In this document: piece after piece, positions 1 through 9,947 of the stretch | How positions within the stretch are numbered: the first letter of the stretch is position 1 | How the letters are laid out: every line of letters begins with the position of its first letter | NCBI GenBank assembly: GCA_042218065.1 | Contig: JBDGRL010000005.1 | Location: forward strand, 338 to 64,337 | DNA from: Candidatus Magasanikiibacteriota bacterium | GTDB taxonomy: Bacteria; Patescibacteriota; Patescibacteriia; Magasanikbacterales; UBA922 | Length of the DNA: 64,000 nucleotides | Direction of reading: 5' to 3' | Translations under genes and position numbers: made by a program | Notes under the pieces: generated by a model | Seen by the model: only the letters and a program-made list of their open reading frames with translations | Told to the model about the DNA's origin: nothing | The model's database searches: none

Positions 1-3000
1 GATCAAGGCCCTCTTAGTATAGAATCGCAAGGGGGTAAGTTAAGCTTAAATAATAACTCAAATAAGAATATTATAACTGGTAACGGAAATTTTGGAATAA
101 ATACTACTACTCCTGATGAGGAGCTAACAGTTAAAGGAGATGTCAATTTGGCTGATGGTTCTCTTCAGATAGCTTCTAGCAGTACTTCTGGTGCTGGATT
201 TGTTGGTGTAAATGTAGCTTCTCCTGGGGTTTATGAGTTCGAAGCATTAGGCGATATACGTTTAGGACAAGACTCAATTAAGATCAACTCTACTACAGAT
301 AATGTAGGTATAAACACTACTTCTCCTGATAAGCAATTAGTTATCGATGGAACCACTCAGGCGGATGGTCAGTTAAATGTTAGTGGTACTTCTAAATTTG
401 ACTCTAGTGCTAGTTTTCAAGCTACTAGTACATTCAATGCTCCAACTAGATTTAACAAAGCAAATCTTTTCCGAGGTAAAATAGGTAACCCAGAGAAGTT
501 AAATAATATTTCTGACTCGGATAATAATACAAGTCTTTCCGAGCCTGTGGATATAGATGTATCCGGAGATTATGCCTATGTAGTTGCTTCCAGCAGTCCT
601 GCTTTACAGGTAATAGATATTTCAGATCCAAATAATCCAACCACTACTGACAGTATAGGGTCTGGTATATCAGATTTTTCCAACCCCCAAGAAGTAGTTG
701 TGAGAGATAATTATGCTTACATAGCTGTTCATAATAGCAATAATAAAAATCTTCAAGTTATAGATATTTCTAATCCAAGTAATTTAAAAGAAGCAGGTAG
801 TTTTTTTAATAAAGCTGCTACCGATATAGCAGTAAAAGGTAATTATGCGTTTTTAACAGAACCAGGAGGAACAGTAATAGTAATTGATGTTTCTGACCCG
901 ACTAAAATTGATAGTTCAGGTCCAAGTGATGACCAGGTAACAACTATTAATAATGGTTCTAACCCTAGGGAAATAGAAATATCGGAAAATTATGCATATA
1001 TTGCTTATACTGGCAGTGATGAGCTTGAAATTTCAGATATAAGTGATCCTAAAAACCCTAAATCTATTTCTATTACTGGTGTAACACTTAATAACCCTGT
1101 TGATATAGAAGTATCAGGCAAATATGCTTATATAGCAACTGGACCGGAAAATTTGGAGATTTTAGATATTTCCGATCCTAAAAACCCTGAATCAGTCAAT
1201 ATAAAAAGTCTTGGGGTTGTACCAGAAGATATATATGTGTCAGGAAGGTATATTTACATAGCTGAAGCTGATGGAAACCTCGAGATATATGATGCAGGAA
1301 ATGATCCTTCCAGTCTTACTCAGGTTAGCAGAACCTCTTTCACTTCTCAGAGCAATCAAATTCAGAGCAGTCAAATTTTAAGTGTACATGTTGCAGGTAA
1401 TTACGGTTTTGTTGGTGGTTTTGACCAAAGTACATTCTTTACTATTGACTTGGAGGGAGCTGACATATCAAATGCAGAAATAGGCAACGCTAAGATTTCA
1501 AATCTACAAGTAAAACAGCCGGCTAAATTCAGCGATAGTCTAAATGTAAATGGGGGGCTTTCAATAGGCTCAAATGGTCTTATGATCACAGGAGGTGACT
1601 TTGCCATGGGACATGCAACTTCTAGCTTATCAGTAACTAGTAGTTTACAGTTTAATGATACAGCTGTATTTGAAAGTACGGTTAGTTCTTCCGATGCAAA
1701 TTCTTTTGTATTTGATACTCATCATAACATAGACAAATCTAGCAAAATTTTCTCAATAAGAGATAACGGCTCCGAGATATTTAATATAAATGGTGCTGGT
1801 ACGTCAACCTTTAAAGGGGGTGATGTAGGAGTAGGTACTAGTAAACCTGATGATTTAACTGCTAATCCGGATATACATATAACAGATGGAGCTCTTTGTG
1901 TAGACGATGATAGTTCCTGCCAAGATAGCCTGAATCCAGGTGATATAGCAGCAGTCAATACAACCATACAAAATGCAGATCTAGCTGAGTTGTATGCAAG
2001 TAAACAAAACCTAAAGTCGGGTGAATTAGTAAAATTAGATGATAATTCCTCTGGCAAAGTAAAAAGGACAAGTAAGATTTATGATAAAGGCCTCCTAGGA
2101 GTAGTATCAAGCGACCCTGGAGTCTTACTGGGCAGTTCTGCATCAGGAACATATCCAATAGCCCTTTCTGGTAGGGTCCCGACAAAAGTAAACGACTCCG
2201 GTGGTGATATCCATGTCGGAGACCCGATCACTGCTAGCTCAGCTGACGGGGTGGGCATGAAAGCAGATCATTCTTCTCAGATAGTAGGTTATGCCCTTGA
2301 ATCCTTCACTGGCAGCGGTACTACTACTATCAACGTCTTTATAAGCCCGGAAGAGAAGTATAATGAGGATGAGTTTAAGATAGCTAAGGGTGGTAACATA
2401 GGATTTGGGACTACGACTCCTGAATATAGGCTAGATGTGGAAGGTACAGCTCAAGCTGAGCTGTTCAAATCGAGCTCTTCAAGTGCTATGAGTGATTTAG
2501 CCGGAGGTTTGACGGTCGGACCGAAAGGGTTTGTGCTGGAAGGAGGCTTTACTATGAGCAGCGCCAATCCTTCTATAAGCTCTACTAATAAGCTAAACTT
2601 TGACTCTACCACCTTGTTTGAAAATAGTGTCACTTCCAGTGATGATTACGCTTACATATTCAACACCACTAATCAGCTCGGGATAAGCAGCAGCACTTAC
2701 CTGATGTCGATTCGAAACAACGATCAGCCTCAGCTATCAGTAGCTACCAATGGTGATGTGCATGCAGGCGGCACTCTCTTTGCTGATGGCCTAAATACAA
2801 ATGAAAATGATCCGGGCGATCTGGCTGAAGAGGTGAGCATAAAGCCGGGACAAAGTGTTGAGCCGGGAGAAGTATTGGTAGTGGATTCGGATAATGTAGA
2901 TACTTACAGGGAAAGCAAAAAACCTTACTCTTCTGCTGTAGCAGGAGTTGTATCGACTGACCCATCTATCACTATAGGTGGCACAAAATCTGATAATAAG

Positions 3001-5052
3001 GCAGTGATGGCAATGGTTGGCAGAGTACCGACCAAAGTTACTACAGAAAACGGTGAGATTAATCGAGGGGATCTGCTAGTCTCTGCATCCAAGCCTGGTC
3101 ATGCCATGAAGTATGATCCTTCTGCGGATATAGATAATACCGCTATATCCTCGGTCGGAATAGCGCTTGAGAGTTTCTCGGGCTCAGAATCTGAAACTTC
3201 TACAGGCAAAATAATGACTTTGGTGAAATCTGGTTGGATCTCAAATTATGGTCAAAGTATAACCAACATCAAAAAAGACATTACACAAATTGCTAAAGCA
3301 AAAGGAGTCAATGTAAATAACAAGCCTTCTAAGTTAACTGTCGAAACCTCTGACAGCGGAGATATAGAGTACAAGAAACATGGAAACTTAGACTTGGCTG
3401 GTAATAATATAGTAAATGTTTCCGGTATTAGAGGGGCAAATAATAAGTGGTCTATTGATACAAACGGTAGATTTGTTACCAATGTTAAGACCTCCCAGGG
3501 TGACAAATCTCTATACACCATCCAATCAGATAATGAAGCTTATTACACCTTCTTTGGTACAGATAAGCTGAAAGGAGGAAAAAAAGAGGTTAGATTTGAA
3601 AAGTTCCGCCAAGATATTATAGACGAAAGCTACCCGATTCAAGTTAATGTCACTTTGAAGTCTCCGGCAAATGGGATTTATGTAAGCGAAAGCAGTGAAA
3701 AAGGATTCACGGTGAAAGAAACAGGTGATGGCGAGTCCAGTGCAAAGTTTGACTGGACGGTGATAGCAAAAAGAGAAACTGCCGATAGTGACAAATCAGT
3801 TCAGCCTCATGGAGGGTGTACGAATCCTAGAGCAACAAATTATGATCCTACCGCAACAAAAGATGATGGCAGTTGCAAGATTGCAGGGTGTTTGGATATA
3901 AAAGCTGCCAACTATGACTCGACTGCTACTATTGGAGGGCGCATAGATTGCGTGTATAAAGAGTCGAAAGTAGTAAAAGGCTGTACTGCCAAGAGAGCAA
4001 GTAATTACGACCCTGAAGCAAACCTAAACGATGGAAGCTGTAACTTCAAGACCAAAAGTGAAAAAGAAAGCGAAAAGGACACCCAAGCACCTAGTATCGA
4101 ACTATTGGGCGCAAAAGAAGTGACACTTGAAGTGGGGGATGATTACAATGACCCTGGAGTTGAGTTGGATGATAATCGTGATAACTCACCTAAGCTTACA
4201 ACTAAAGTAAATGGTAAAAAAGTTGATAGCTTAAATATAGATACAACAGAACCAAATACGGCTAAGGTGGTATATAAAGCCGTAGATGATGCGGGCAATG
4301 AAAGTAAGGTAAGCAGGACTATAGAAGTTAAAGAAAAAGAAGAAGATGATGGTAAGGATCCGGAAATAACACTTGAAGGAGAATCGAATATTACACTTAC
4401 TACTGACCAGAAATATGTTGAACCGGGTGCTAAGGCTACTGATAAAGAAGATGGAGATATCACCGACAAGATTAATAAACTTGGTAGTGTAAATGATGAA
4501 GTAGCCGGCGAGTATAGTTTGGTCTATAAAGTAGAAGACAGCGATGGAAATAAGGCGAGTGTATCGCGCGTTGTTACTATAGAAAAGGTTAGCTCTACAG
4601 AGAAGAAAACTAGCCCAGAAAATGATACTAGCACCACAACTAGTTCAAACGAGGAGAATTCTAATAGCAGCTCTGAAACAGAAACTAATACTAACTCTAA
4701 GACAGAAACCAGTACCACTAAAGACACTTCTGAAACTGAACAAAGCACCTCTACAAGCTCAAGTACTACACAGACAAGAGAAGAAAATGATGAGACTTCA
4801 ACTACTTCCACTACCAAAACCACAGAAAAACAGAAAACAGAAGACACTAACCCTAGCACTTCTAGCTCAGAAACTACTGGAGAAAATAAAAATCAAGAAC
4901 AAACTAGTGAAGATGAAAAAGGTTCCAAACAAAAAGAAGAAAGACAAACTACTGAAAGTGATAGTTTAGATGAGAACAAAGATAATCAAGCTACCAGCTC
5001 TACGAAAAAAACAGCAAACTCTACTACCACTACCACCCAAACATCGGGATAA
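1..5052 (+). CDS. Giant surface/adhesin-like protein, 5'-truncated by window (LVIVD repeats, GIxTTxP fibre-like repeats, two DLAE...GRVP domains, Cys repeats, two DUF5011/Ig-like domains, S/T/E-rich tail)
   Basis: Frame is open from base 1. Repeated 'V.GxYAYV...LQVIDISDP' (LVIVD), 'NVGINTTSP/GFGTTTP', two 'DLAE...GVVSxDP...GRVPTKV' units, three 'GCx4AxNY' repeats, and 'APSIELLG...YNDPG' / 'PEITLEG...YVEPGAKATD'. Confidence 0.8.
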   Translation, partial: DQGPLSIESQGGKLSLNNNSNKNIITGNGNFGINTTTPDEELTVKGDVNLADGSLQIASSSTSGAGFVGVNVASPGVYEFEALGDIRLGQDSIKINSTTDNVGINTTSPDKQLVIDGTTQADGQLNVSGTSKFDSSASFQATSTFNAPTRFNKANLFRGKIGNPEKLNNISDSDNNTSLSEPVDIDVSGDYAYVVASSSPALQVIDISDPNNPTTTDSIGSGISDFSNPQEVVVRDNYAYIAVHNSNNKNLQVIDISNPSNLKEAGSFFNKAATDIAVKGNYAFLTEPGGTVIVIDVSDPTKIDSSGPSDDQVTTINNGSNPREIEISENYAYIAYTGSDELEISDISDPKNPKSISITGVTLNNPVDIEVSGKYAYIATGPENLEILDISDPKNPESVNIKSLGVVPEDIYVSGRYIYIAEADGNLEIYDAGNDPSSLTQVSRTSFTSQSNQIQSSQILSVHVAGNYGFVGGFDQSTFFTIDLEGADISNAEIGNAKISNLQVKQPAKFSDSLNVNGGLSIGSNGLMITGGDFAMGHATSSLSVTSSLQFNDTAVFESTVSSSDANSFVFDTHHNIDKSSKIFSIRDNGSEIFNINGAGTSTFKGGDVGVGTSKPDDLTANPDIHITDGALCVDDDSSCQDSLNPGDIAAVNTTIQNADLAELYASKQNLKSGELVKLDDNSSGKVKRTSKIYDKGLLGVVSSDPGVLLGSSASGTYPIALSGRVPTKVNDSGGDIHVGDPITASSADGVGMKADHSSQIVGYALESFTGSGTTTINVFISPEEKYNEDEFKIAKGGNIGFGTTTPEYRLDVEGTAQAELFKSSSSSAMSDLAGGLTVGPKGFVLEGGFTMSSANPSISSTNKLNFDSTTLFENSVTSSDDYAYIFNTTNQLGISSSTYLMSIRNNDQPQLSVATNGDVHAGGTLFADGLNTNENDPGDLAEEVSIKPGQSVEPGEVLVVDSDNVDTYRESKKPYSSAVAGVVSTDPSITIGGTKSDNKAVMAMVGRVPTKVTTENGEINRGDLLVSASKPGHAMKYDPSADIDNTAISSVGIALESFSGSESETSTGKIMTLVKSGWISNYGQSITNIKKDITQIAKAKGVNVNNKPSKLTVETSDSGDIEYKKHGNLDLAGNNIVNVSGIRGANNKWSIDTNGRFVTNVKTSQGDKSLYTIQSDNEAYYTFFGTDKLKGGKKEVRFEKFRQDIIDESYPIQVNVTLKSPANGIYVSESSEKGFTVKETGDGESSAKFDWTVIAKRETADSDKSVQPHGGCTNPRATNYDPTATKDDGSCKIAGCLDIKAANYDSTATIGGRIDCVYKESKVVKGCTAKRASNYDPEANLNDGSCNFKTKSEKESEKDTQAPSIELLGAKEVTLEVGDDYNDPGVELDDNRDNSPKLTTKVNGKKVDSLNIDTTEPNTAKVVYKAVDDAGNESKVSRTIEVKEKEEDDGKDPEITLEGESNITLTTDQKYVEPGAKATDKEDGDITDKINKLGSVNDEVAGEYSLVYKVEDSDGNKASVSRVVTIEKVSSTEKKTSPENDTSTTTSSNEENSNSSSETETNTNSKTETSTTKDTSETEQSTSTSSSTTQTREENDETSTTSTTKTTEKQKTEDTNPSTSSSETTGENKNQEQTSEDEKGSKQKEERQTTESDSLDENKDNQATSSTKKTANSTTTTTQTSG

Positions 5053-5081
5053 AACTTACGAAAAGTTAAGGGTGTGGTAGC

Positions 5082-5110
5082 TTGACATTAACCTCATTAT
5101 TAGCTAGATT
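5082..5110 (+). promoter_or_regulatory. Sigma70-type promoter of glyQS operon
   Basis: TTGACA-N17-TAGATT upstream of ATG 5139. Confidence 0.55.
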
Positions 5111-5138
5111 TAAAACCTAATTAATAATTAAAATAGAT

Positions 5139-6500
5139 ATGGCTGATTTAATGCAAAAAATAAAATCCTTATGCAAAAGACGCGGCTTTATCTTTCAAGG
5201 CTCCGATATTTATGGAGGTTTAGCCAATACCTGGGATTATGGTCCGATGGGGTCGCAGCTGAAAAAAAATATTAAAAACCACTGGTGGAAAAAAGCAGTA
5301 GAGAGCAGGTCCGATATTGAAGGCCTGGATGGGTCCATTTTGATGAGCCCCAGAGTTTGGGAGGCTTCGGGTCATGCTAGTGGGTTTGTAGATCCGCTTG
5401 TTGAGGATGTCGAGACTCATGAACGATATAGAGCCGATCACTTGATAGAGGAAGAGCTGGACATTCAAGCAGAAGGCATGGACATGGAAGAAATGCAGGA
5501 AGCAATAGAAGAAAATGATATTAAAAGCCCGGAAGGAAATGAGCTGACTAAGCCCAAGAGGTTTAATTTGATGTTTGAAACCAATATAGGTCCTACTGAT
5601 GCTGGTAAAAATACTTTTCTCCGGCCTGAGACAGCCCAAGCTATATTCGTTAATTTTAAGAAAGTTTTGGATACAACCCGACAAAAACTACCTTTTGGTA
5701 TAGCTCAGATCGGTAAAGCTTTCCGAAATGAAATTACACCAGGTAACTATATATTTCGAACTTTGGAGTTCGAACAGATGGAGATAGAGTACTTTATAGA
5801 AGAGGAGCAGTGGGAGGAGGTCTTTGATCAATGGAATAGTTGGCTTGAGGAGTGGGCAAAAGAAATAGGGTTGGATATGTCTAGGTTGCATAGATATGAC
5901 AAACCTGATTCTGAGCTTAGTCATTATGCTAAAAAGACTATAGATTTTGAGTTTGAATACCCGTTTGGAATTAATGAACTCTGGGGGTTGGCATATAGGA
6001 CTGATTTTGATTTGAAAAGCCACCAGGAGCATTCTGGAGAGAAACTAGTCTATACTGATCCTCAAGATCAATCAAATAAGATAATTCCTCATGTGATAGA
6101 ACCATCTCTTGGTGTCGACCGAACTCTATTAGCTCTCCTTGTGAGTGCTTACGAAGAAGAGGAGGTAGATGGGAATGAAAGAACTGTGATGAGGTTTAAA
6201 CCAGAAATTGCCCCAAATCAAGTAGCTGTATTCCCTCTTATGGACAAGGATGGCCTTGGAGAACACGCTCAAGAGATTTATGAAGATATAAGAACTGAAT
6301 ATAGAGTGGAATATGATGACTCTGGCAGTATAGGAAAAAGATATAGAAGACAAGACGAGATCGGAACCCCTTATTGTATTACGGTTGACTATGATTCATT
6401 AGAGGGTGAGGGGGTTACTGTAAGAGATCGAGATACTATGGAGCAAGATAGAGTTCAAGAAGATGAGTTAGTTGATTACTTTGATGAGAAGATAAGCTAG
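5139..6500 (+). CDS. glyQS: Glycine--tRNA ligase (alpha2 type)
   Basis: LCKRRGFIF, LRPETAQ, FRNEITP, IEPSLGVDR, anticodon domain SIGKRYRRQDEIGTP. Confidence 0.97.
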   Translation: MADLMQKIKSLCKRRGFIFQGSDIYGGLANTWDYGPMGSQLKKNIKNHWWKKAVESRSDIEGLDGSILMSPRVWEASGHASGFVDPLVEDVETHERYRADHLIEEELDIQAEGMDMEEMQEAIEENDIKSPEGNELTKPKRFNLMFETNIGPTDAGKNTFLRPETAQAIFVNFKKVLDTTRQKLPFGIAQIGKAFRNEITPGNYIFRTLEFEQMEIEYFIEEEQWEEVFDQWNSWLEEWAKEIGLDMSRLHRYDKPDSELSHYAKKTIDFEFEYPFGINELWGLAYRTDFDLKSHQEHSGEKLVYTDPQDQSNKIIPHVIEPSLGVDRTLLALLVSAYEEEEVDGNERTVMRFKPEIAPNQVAVFPLMDKDGLGEHAQEIYEDIRTEYRVEYDDSGSIGKRYRRQDEIGTPYCITVDYDSLEGEGVTVRDRDTMEQDRVQEDELVDYFDEKIS

Positions 6501-6539
6501 ACGGCTGAATCTATAACTTAGTTATTTTACTGGACAACA

Positions 6540-7805
6540 ATGACTAAAACACAGACTTTAAGCAATAAGACTCGGATTACAATCGCTAATCAAGAGGGCA
6601 CAGATGCAGCAACAATTCTAGTGATGCTACCGGTAGGATCAAGAAATGAGCCTGAGGATTTGTATGGAGTATCTCATTTTATTGAGCATATGATTTTTAA
6701 AGGCACAGAAAAACGTCCTACTAGCTTGGATATTAGCAGAGAGATAGATAGACTAGGGGCGGATTATAATGCTTTTACCTCAAAGGAATATACCGGGTTT
6801 TATATCAAAGTAGCATCGAATCATATTAATCAAGCAGTAGAAATCTTGTCTGATGTAGTGTATAACTCAGTCTTTGATCCTGAGGAAATGAAAAAAGAAA
6901 AATCAGTGATCACTGAGGAAATTAATATGTATGAAGACAATCCTGCAATGAATATCAGAAACTTGTTTGGTAAAGTTATGTACAAAGACTCTCCGCTAGA
7001 GCACGATATCTATGGCACTAGAGAGAGTGTGTTAAATCTGAATAGAGAAGATGTAGTTGCTTATCGAGACAAGTATTATCGCCCTGAAGTGATTCAGATC
7101 ATCGGGTCCGGTTCTGTAGGAGGAACTCAAGAAATAATTGGAGATCATTTTGGAGCTGAAAAAAGCACAAAAGAAGCAGATCTAGAAACAGAACCCGCCA
7201 GCTTTGGTCCGTTACAAACACAAGAAAGGTATGAAGTACAAAAAGAAGAGACAGACCAATTCCAGCTAATGCTGGGGTTTCCTGGACGTAAGTTAGGCCA
7301 CTCTGACCTTCCAGCTTTAAAGGTGTTAAATAATGTGTTGGGTGCTAACATGAGCTCTCGGCTATTTGTAAACATTAGAGAGAAGCTAGGATTGGCTTAT
7401 TCAATTCGTAGTGGGCTTGCAAGCTATTCTGATATTGGTCACCTTTATATTAAATCCGGCTTAGATTCAAAAAATATAGACAAAGCTTTATCTGAGATTA
7501 AAAAGACGCTCAAGGATATAAAAGAATATGGGCTGGAACAAGATGAGTTTGAGGATGCTAAAACTAATATAAAGGGAAGCATGAAGTTAAAAATGGAAGA
7601 TTCTAAGGCTAGAGCGATGTGGATTGGTCGTAGAATGGTTATATTAAATGAGACTTACACTCCGGATCAGTTTATAGACCAGATAAAATCAGTATCAAAA
7701 TCAGAAGTTGAAGAGGTGGCTCAAGAGATTTTTGATTTTGATAAGATGCGCTTAGCTGGTATTGGTGATGTTGAGGATAATATAATCAGAAAACATTTAG
7801 AGTAA
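6540..7805 (+). CDS. M16 family (pitrilysin-like) Zn peptidase
   Basis: HFIEH (HxxEH), NAFTSKEYT, SSRLF..IREKLGLAY. Confidence 0.93.
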   Translation: MTKTQTLSNKTRITIANQEGTDAATILVMLPVGSRNEPEDLYGVSHFIEHMIFKGTEKRPTSLDISREIDRLGADYNAFTSKEYTGFYIKVASNHINQAVEILSDVVYNSVFDPEEMKKEKSVITEEINMYEDNPAMNIRNLFGKVMYKDSPLEHDIYGTRESVLNLNREDVVAYRDKYYRPEVIQIIGSGSVGGTQEIIGDHFGAEKSTKEADLETEPASFGPLQTQERYEVQKEETDQFQLMLGFPGRKLGHSDLPALKVLNNVLGANMSSRLFVNIREKLGLAYSIRSGLASYSDIGHLYIKSGLDSKNIDKALSEIKKTLKDIKEYGLEQDEFEDAKTNIKGSMKLKMEDSKARAMWIGRRMVILNETYTPDQFIDQIKSVSKSEVEEVAQEIFDFDKMRLAGIGDVEDNIIRKHLE

Positions 7806-7830
7806 ATTTATAAATTATTAATTAAAAAAT

Positions 7831-8583
7831 ATGCACATTTTTGCTAACTGGAAAATGTATCTTGACCTAGAGGAGTCGAGACAGGTCACGCAAGAAATTT
7901 CTCAAACTCAGCTTAGAAAAGAAGTTAATACGGTTATTTTTCCTAATTCTATTTCGTTTTGTGAAGTAAAAGACATTCTAAAGGATACCGATTTTCAACT
8001 GGGAGCTCAAAATGTGTCCTGGTCACCAAAAGGTGCTTATACAGGAGCTATTTCAGCACATATTTTTGCTCAAGCAGGCACTGATTACGCCCTGGTTGGC
8101 CACTCTGAAAGAAGACATATTTTTGGGGAGTCTAATGAAGCTACTATGAAAAAAGTTAAATCTTGTTTGCAAGAAGATATCACCCCAGTGCTTTGTGTAG
8201 GTGAGACTAAAGAAGATCTGGAAAATGGTGATAAAGAGCTGGTACTAGGAGAACAGCTGTCAGTAGTATTTGAGAATGTAGATTTGAGCGCCGAGGATAT
8301 TATTGTCGGATATGAGCCAGTTTGGGCTATTGCTGGAAGCGGTGAAGGGGAAAGTTGTTCCCCTGTTCAGGCAGAAGAAACTCACCACTGGATAAAAGAT
8401 AGACTTCAAAATTATGTGGAAGATGAGGTTGAGGTAGTTTATGGAGGTAGTGTTGAGAGTGATAATGTGCTATCATACATTTCGTCATCAAATATTGATG
8501 GTATTTTGGCAGGACATGCTTCTGCGAATCCACAGGAATTTCAATCCTTAATTTCAAAGGTTGAGTCCACATATGACCAGTAG
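7831..8583 (+). CDS. tpiA: Triosephosphate isomerase
   Basis: ANWKM, GHSERR, YEPVWAI, YGGSV. Confidence 0.96.
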   Translation: MHIFANWKMYLDLEESRQVTQEISQTQLRKEVNTVIFPNSISFCEVKDILKDTDFQLGAQNVSWSPKGAYTGAISAHIFAQAGTDYALVGHSERRHIFGESNEATMKKVKSCLQEDITPVLCVGETKEDLENGDKELVLGEQLSVVFENVDLSAEDIIVGYEPVWAIAGSGEGESCSPVQAEETHHWIKDRLQNYVEDEVEVVYGGSVESDNVLSYISSSNIDGILAGHASANPQEFQSLISKVESTYDQ

Positions 8584-9493
8584 TATTATACCATTTTTAA
8601 TCATAATACTTGCACTAGGAATTATTTTATTTTTAGTGATTCGTAACTATTCTAGCATAGTGTTGTTGGACATTGATTCTATTCCTGGAAAAGAAGACCA
8701 AAAGAAAAAGGTGGAATACCTAAAGAAAAGGGTACAAAAGAAAGCTGAGGAGGTTAAAACAGATAGGTTAGAAAAATTAAGCCCGGTTGTGGAGTTCTTT
8801 GAGTCAACAAAATCGAAATTTAAGGACTATATCCACGACATTAGAGAAAAAGCAAAACAACTACAAGAGCAGCAAAAACAACAAAAATTAGAACAGGGAG
8901 CGAAACAAAAGGATAAAGAGGATTTACTGGACAGTTTGCTGAAAGATGGTGAGCATGCTTTGAAAGAAGGAGAACTTGATGTTGCTGAAGAGAAATTTTT
9001 GGAAGCAATTAGGTTAGATTCAAAGAATTTTCGTGCTTACAGAAATTTAGGTGAGGTTTATTTTAAGAAGGAGGAGTTTGAACAAGCACAAGAAACATAT
9101 GAGTTTTTAACTGAGTTAAAACCAAACGATGATTCCATTTTAGTTAAATTAGGCGAGACTTATGAGAAATTGGACGAGATAGAAAAAGCAGTTGATTGCT
9201 ACCAACAAGCAGTTCTTATAAATGAAAATAACTCTTCTAGATTCGTTAAGTTGACGAATTTACTAGAATCTATAGATGAGTACGAGGCAGCACTTGAGTC
9301 TATTGAACAAGCAGTTGCTTTGGAGCCAAAAAACCCTAGATACCTTGACAGATTAGTTGAGCTTGCTATAATTACTGATGATCTACAGCTGGCTGAGGAT
9401 GCTTTTGAGCAGTTAAGAATGGTTAATCCGGACAATGAAAAGTTAGATGTTCTACGTGATAAGATAGAGAAGGCAAGGGAGGTAGGATCTTAA
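8573..9493 (+). CDS. Membrane-anchored TPR protein
   Basis: N-terminal TM helix, coiled coil, several TPR repeats (AYRNLGEVY, KLGETYEK...AVDCYQQAV). ATG at 8573 chosen. Confidence 0.85.
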   Translation: MTSSIIPFLIIILALGIILFLVIRNYSSIVLLDIDSIPGKEDQKKKVEYLKKRVQKKAEEVKTDRLEKLSPVVEFFESTKSKFKDYIHDIREKAKQLQEQQKQQKLEQGAKQKDKEDLLDSLLKDGEHALKEGELDVAEEKFLEAIRLDSKNFRAYRNLGEVYFKKEEFEQAQETYEFLTELKPNDDSILVKLGETYEKLDEIEKAVDCYQQAVLINENNSSRFVKLTNLLESIDEYEAALESIEQAVALEPKNPRYLDRLVELAIITDDLQLAEDAFEQLRMVNPDNEKLDVLRDKIEKAREVGS

Positions 9494-9499
9494 AATAAT

Positions 9500-9571
9500 G
9501 CCACCCTAGCTCAGCGGCAGAGCAACTGCTTTGTAAGCAGTCGGTCAGGAGTTCGAATCTCCTGGGTGGCT
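9500..9571 (+). tRNA. tRNA-Thr(TGT)
   Basis: Acceptor GCCACCC/GGGTGGC, anticodon arm ACTGC-TTTGTAA-GCAGT, GTTCGAATC T-loop; CCA not encoded. Confidence 0.96.
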
Positions 9572-9608
9572 CTATGAGTTGTTTATTTATTGTGTATCAC
9601 TGATTTGC

Positions 9609-9694
9609 GGGTCGGTAGCAAAGTCTGGCCAAATGCAGCAGACTGTAAATCTGCCGGCATTACGCCTTCGGGGGTTCAAATCCCTCCCGGCCCA
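9609..9694 (+). tRNA. tRNA-Tyr(GTA)
   Basis: GGGTCGG/CCGGCCC acceptor, GCAGA-CTGTAAA-TCTGC, long variable arm, GGTTCAAATCC. Confidence 0.96.
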
Positions 9695-9866
9695 CAAATT
9701 TATTAATAATTTTTAGGCGGAGCGAGTGAATAGTTTCACTCGCGTGAGGATTTGAAGCTCGGAGCTTTGCGCGAGTTTGCCGAGGGCAAGGCGAGCGCAG
9801 CGAGAGCAGGTCTGAAGCCGAAGCTCGTCAGAGCTGAGAGCGGAAGAAAATCCCTCCCGGCCCACA
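9678..9866. repeat. tRNA-Tyr-linked GC-rich element bounded by a 19-bp direct repeat of the tRNA 3' end
   Basis: AAATCCCTCCCGGCCCACA at 9678-9696 and 9848-9866; several internal hairpins. Confidence 0.8.
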
Positions 9867-9870
9867 TTTT

Positions 9871-9893
9871 AGCCACTGCTTAGTGGCTTTTTT
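9871..9893 (+). terminator. Intrinsic terminator
   Basis: AGCCACT-gctt-AGTGGCT followed by a T run. Confidence 0.7.
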
Positions 9894-9947
9894 GATTTTT
9901 TATAGGGTTGTTGATAAAATAAAGGTGTAGATTTTTAACCTCATCTT

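Noticed and set aside
4143-4969. Antisense and alternate-frame ORFs over the S/T-rich tail
   Set aside because: Shadows of low-complexity coding sequence; the same applies to the many short antisense ORFs in the track.
9678-9866. Prophage/ICE attL-attR or CRISPR
   Set aside because: Only two repeat copies 170 bp apart, with no integrase or cas genes; kept only as a mini-element.
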